Origin: Gammaproteobacteria bacterium
Lineage (GTDB): Bacteria > Pseudomonadota > Gammaproteobacteria > UBA5335 > SLRW01
Assembly: GCA_035638695.1 (NCBI GenBank)
Contig: DASQZM010000075.1
Coordinates: forward strand, 43,003 to 107,002
DNA: 64,000 nt
Reading direction: 5' to 3'
Shown piece by piece: positions 61,468 to 64,000 of the stretch. Position 1 is the stretch's first letter. Each line of letters begins with the position of its first letter. The translations under genes were made by a program, and so were the position numbers. Under the pieces are notes generated by a model that had not been told where the DNA came from, searched no databases, and was given only the letters and a program-made list of their open reading frames with translations.

Positions 61468-62466
61468 ATGCACCGCCTCCTCAATGCACTGTGGTACGGA
61501 CCGGCCTGGCGCGCCTGGCCGTTGTCTCCGCTGAGCATACTGTTCCGGGGCGTGGCTGGCCTGCGCCGCGCACTCTACCAGGGCGGGATCCTGCAGGTGC
61601 ACCGCTTCCCGGTGCCGGTGATCGTGGTGGGCAACCTGACGGTGGGTGGTACCGGCAAATCACCGCTGATCATACGGCTGGCGGCCCTGCTTGCAGAGCA
61701 CGGCTGGCGCCCCGGGATCGTGGTCCGGGGATACGGCGGCGGGGCGGCGCACTGGCCACGGCTGGTAACCGCCGAAAGCGATCCCGCGGAGGTGGGCGAC
61801 GAGCCGGTGCTGTTGGCGCGACGGTGCACATGCCCGGTGGTGGCCGGGCCCGAACGGGCGGCGGACATACGGCTGCTGCTCGAGGGTCCCGGGAAGCGCC
61901 CCGACCTCGTACTTTGCGACGACGGCCTGCAGCACTATGCCCTCGCGCGCGACATCGAGCTGGTGGTGGTTGACGGCCGGCGCGGCTGGGGCAACGGTCA
62001 CTGCCTCCCGGCCGGCCCGTTACGGGAGCCCCTGCGGCGCCTGCGAGAGGTTGATTTCGTGCTGGTCAACGGGTCCGGCCGGGCGGCGCCGGACGGTTAC
62101 CCGATGCGTCTGGTCCAGGGCGACGCCGCGCGACTGGCGGGGCAGGAGCGTCGCCCGCTGCGGACGTTTGCCGGGCAGGCCGTGCACGCGATAGCCGGGA
62201 TTGGGAACCCGCAGCGCTTCTTCGATCAGCTCGCCGAGGCCGGGCTGGAGGTGATCCCGCATGCGTTTCCGGATCACTACGCTTATCGCCCGGCGGACAT
62301 TCGCTTCGGTGACGGCAGAGCGGTCGTCATGACAGAAAAGGACGCGGTAAAATGCCTCGGATTCGCCGGCGGGGAACACTGGTGCGTACCGGTCGACGCA
62401 ATCCCGGATCCCGGGTTCGAGGCCGCCTTGCTCGAGCGCATCGGGCGGGTGCTCACGCCGGGCTGA
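61468..62466 (+). CDS. lpxK: tetraacyldisaccharide 4'-kinase
   Basis: P-loop [13 protein letters not shown] and the DDGLQH motif. Confidence 0.95.
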   Translation: MHRLLNALWYGPAWRAWPLSPLSILFRGVAGLRRALYQGGILQVHRFPVPVIVVGNLTVGGTGKSPLIIRLAALLAEHGWRPGIVVRGYGGGAAHWPRLVTAESDPAEVGDEPVLLARRCTCPVVAGPERAADIRLLLEGPGKRPDLVLCDDGLQHYALARDIELVVVDGRRGWGNGHCLPAGPLREPLRRLREVDFVLVNGSGRAAPDGYPMRLVQGDAARLAGQERRPLRTFAGQAVHAIAGIGNPQRFFDQLAEAGLEVIPHAFPDHYAYRPADIRFGDGRAVVMTEKDAVKCLGFAGGEHWCVPVDAIPDPGFEAALLERIGRVLTPG

Positions 62467-62560
62467 CGGCGCGAGCGCGGTAACTTGCCCGGGCGGGGCG
62501 GTCCGACGCGCAGCCCCCGAATTCTGTCCGCCCGTGCACGGCGGTTGCTGGAGACGAGAG

Positions 62561-62743
62561 ATGGACAAGAAGCTGCTGGACATATTGGCCTGCCCCCTGT
62601 GCAAGGGGCCGCTCGTGTATCGCAAGCAGGAACGGGAGCTCATCTGCAGGGCGGACCGCCTGGCCTTTCCCATCCGGGACGACATCCCGGTGATGCTCGA
62701 GTCGGAAGCGCGCGAGCTGGCGGCCGACGAGGAAGTCAAATGA
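62561..62743 (+). CDS. ycaR: Trm112/YcaR family small zinc-ribbon protein (UPF0434)
   Basis: 60 aa. [18 protein letters not shown]...IPVML. SD GGAGA upstream. lpxK-ycaR-kdsB synteny. Confidence 0.88.
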   Translation: MDKKLLDILACPLCKGPLVYRKQERELICRADRLAFPIRDDIPVMLESEARELAADEEVK

Positions 62744-63507
62744 AATTCCGGGTCGTCATCCCGGCACGACACGGGGCCACCCGGCTACCGGGAAAGCCCC
62801 TCCGGATCCTGGTAGGGCGGCCGATGATCTGGCACGTGTACCAGCGGGCGGTGGAGAGCGGTGCCGACCAGGTGGTGATCGCCACCGACCACCGATCGGT
62901 AATGGAGGCCGGGTCCGCTTTCGGTGCCGAAGTCTGTATGACCTCCCGGAGCCACCGTTCGGGCTCGGATCGCATCGCGGAGGTCGCCGAAAAGTACGGC
63001 TGGGCCGATACCGACATCGTGGTCAATCTGCAGGGCGACGAACCCACCATGCCGTCGGAGAACGTCGCCCGGGTCGCGGAGAACCTGGCCGGGACCGAAG
63101 GCGCCGACATCACGACGCTCTGCACCCCGGTGGGGACGGTCGAGGAGCTGCTCGACCCGAACGTGGTCAAGGTCGTGCGGGACGCACGCGCGTTCGCCCT
63201 GTACTTCAGCCGCGCGCCGGTGCCCTGGAACCGCGACGGAGGCTTCTCGGTGGACGCCGGCATGCCCCCGGGCATCTGGTACCGCCATATCGGCCTCTAT
63301 GCCTACCGGGTGCCCGCATTGCGCCGCTATACCCAGCTGGACCCGTGTGAGCTGGAGAACAAGGAGAGCCTGGAGCAGCTGCGGGCGCTGTGGCACGGCA
63401 TGCGGATTCACGTCGGGGACGCGCTGGCGCTGCCCGGCATCGGCGTGGATACCGAGGCCGATCTCGAACGGGTTGAGCAGCTGCTGCGCGAAGAACAGGA
63501 AGCCTAG
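62740..63507 (+). CDS. kdsB: 3-deoxy-manno-octulosonate cytidylyltransferase
   Basis: [16 protein letters not shown] and NLQGDEP motifs. ATGA overlap with ycaR. Confidence 0.95.
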   Translation: MKFRVVIPARHGATRLPGKPLRILVGRPMIWHVYQRAVESGADQVVIATDHRSVMEAGSAFGAEVCMTSRSHRSGSDRIAEVAEKYGWADTDIVVNLQGDEPTMPSENVARVAENLAGTEGADITTLCTPVGTVEELLDPNVVKVVRDARAFALYFSRAPVPWNRDGGFSVDAGMPPGIWYRHIGLYAYRVPALRRYTQLDPCELENKESLEQLRALWHGMRIHVGDALALPGIGVDTEADLERVEQLLREEQEA

Positions 63508-63519
63508 GAGCGCCGTCGC

Positions 63520-63996
63520 ATGGTGCGGGTACTTTTCGTCTGCCTCGGTAACATCTGCCGGTCACCCTCGGCGGAAGGTGTGCTGCGCCGGCTCGCTGAA
63601 CGCGAGGGGCTCGCTTCGCAGCTGGAATTCGACTCCGCCGGTACCGCGGCCTACCACGTCGGGGAAGCTCCGGACCCGCGGATGCAGGAGAGCGCGGCAC
63701 GCCGGGGGCTCGAGCTGGCCCCTTTGAGAGCGCGCCAGGTGGAGTCAAGCGATTTCAGTCGCTTCGACTACATACTTGCGATGGATTCTTCGAACCTGGA
63801 CGTCCTCCGCGACATGCGCCCGGAGGGCTGGAGCGGCCACCTGGGACTGCTGATGGAGTTCGCGCCGGAGGCGGGCCTGGCGTCCGTTCCCGACCCGTAC
63901 TACGGCGGTGACGCGGGATTCGAACGGGTTCTCGACTTGCTGGAGGAGGCGGGCGAGGAACTGATCGCATACCTGCGCCGGCGGCACCGGCTCTGA
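63520..63996 (+). CDS. low-molecular-weight protein-tyrosine phosphatase
   Basis: Active-site CLGNICRSP and DPYYG motifs. Confidence 0.93.
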   Translation: MVRVLFVCLGNICRSPSAEGVLRRLAEREGLASQLEFDSAGTAAYHVGEAPDPRMQESAARRGLELAPLRARQVESSDFSRFDYILAMDSSNLDVLRDMRPEGWSGHLGLLMEFAPEAGLASVPDPYYGGDAGFERVLDLLEEAGEELIAYLRRRHRL

Positions 63997-64000
63997 CGCG

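Overview
This 64 kb window has very high GC (by eye about 67-68%) and is densely coding. It looks like conserved core chromosome of a gammaproteobacterium; gene order resembles Pseudomonas, Xanthomonas and Ectothiorhodospiraceae from memory, and I cannot run a search. I support about 60 protein genes.

Gene order on the + strand, with minus-strand genes marked: surE-pcm-nlpD-rpoS; a DUF498 gene (minus); aminotransferase-hom-thrC; an RpfE-like unknown coupled to recJ; prfB (classic +1 frameshift)-lysS; an acyl-CoA synthetase; ygfZ (minus). Next comes an unusually complete succinate dehydrogenase module: DUF1674/SDHAF4-like, sdhCDAB, sdhE, ygfX. Then nadB (minus); rpoE-rseA-rseB-(glutaredoxin-like)-lepA-lepB-DUF4845-rnc-era-recO-pdxJ-acpS; a Cys-type formate dehydrogenase module fdhA-DUF1641-fdhD; gacS/barA (minus); cysM-(PolB-like exonuclease)-rlmD-CYTH-YkuD-nagZ-hpt-mtnP. 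On the minus strand: csiV, mfd, a type I-beta DAHP synthase, aguB, aguA and a small exported protein. Finally lolC/E-lolD-comEC-exbB-exbD-msbA-lpxK-ycaR-kdsB and a low-molecular-weight tyrosine phosphatase.

I found no tRNA or rRNA genes, CRISPR arrays, transposases, integrases or recognisable defence systems. I do not see a clear-cut novel system.

The items most worth a second look are:
- the SDH assembly-factor supercluster with a hidden 55-aa SDHAF4-like gene;
- an orphan ExbB-ExbD motor translationally coupled to msbA-lpxK;
- the RpfE-like protein coupled to recJ;
- a Cys4 insertion in ThrC;
- a signal-less YkuD protein beside nagZ;
- a possibly frameshifted small gene downstream of ygfZ.

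Many very long ORFs in the six-frame track (up to 1153 aa) are antisense shadows typical of high-GC DNA, and I rejected them.
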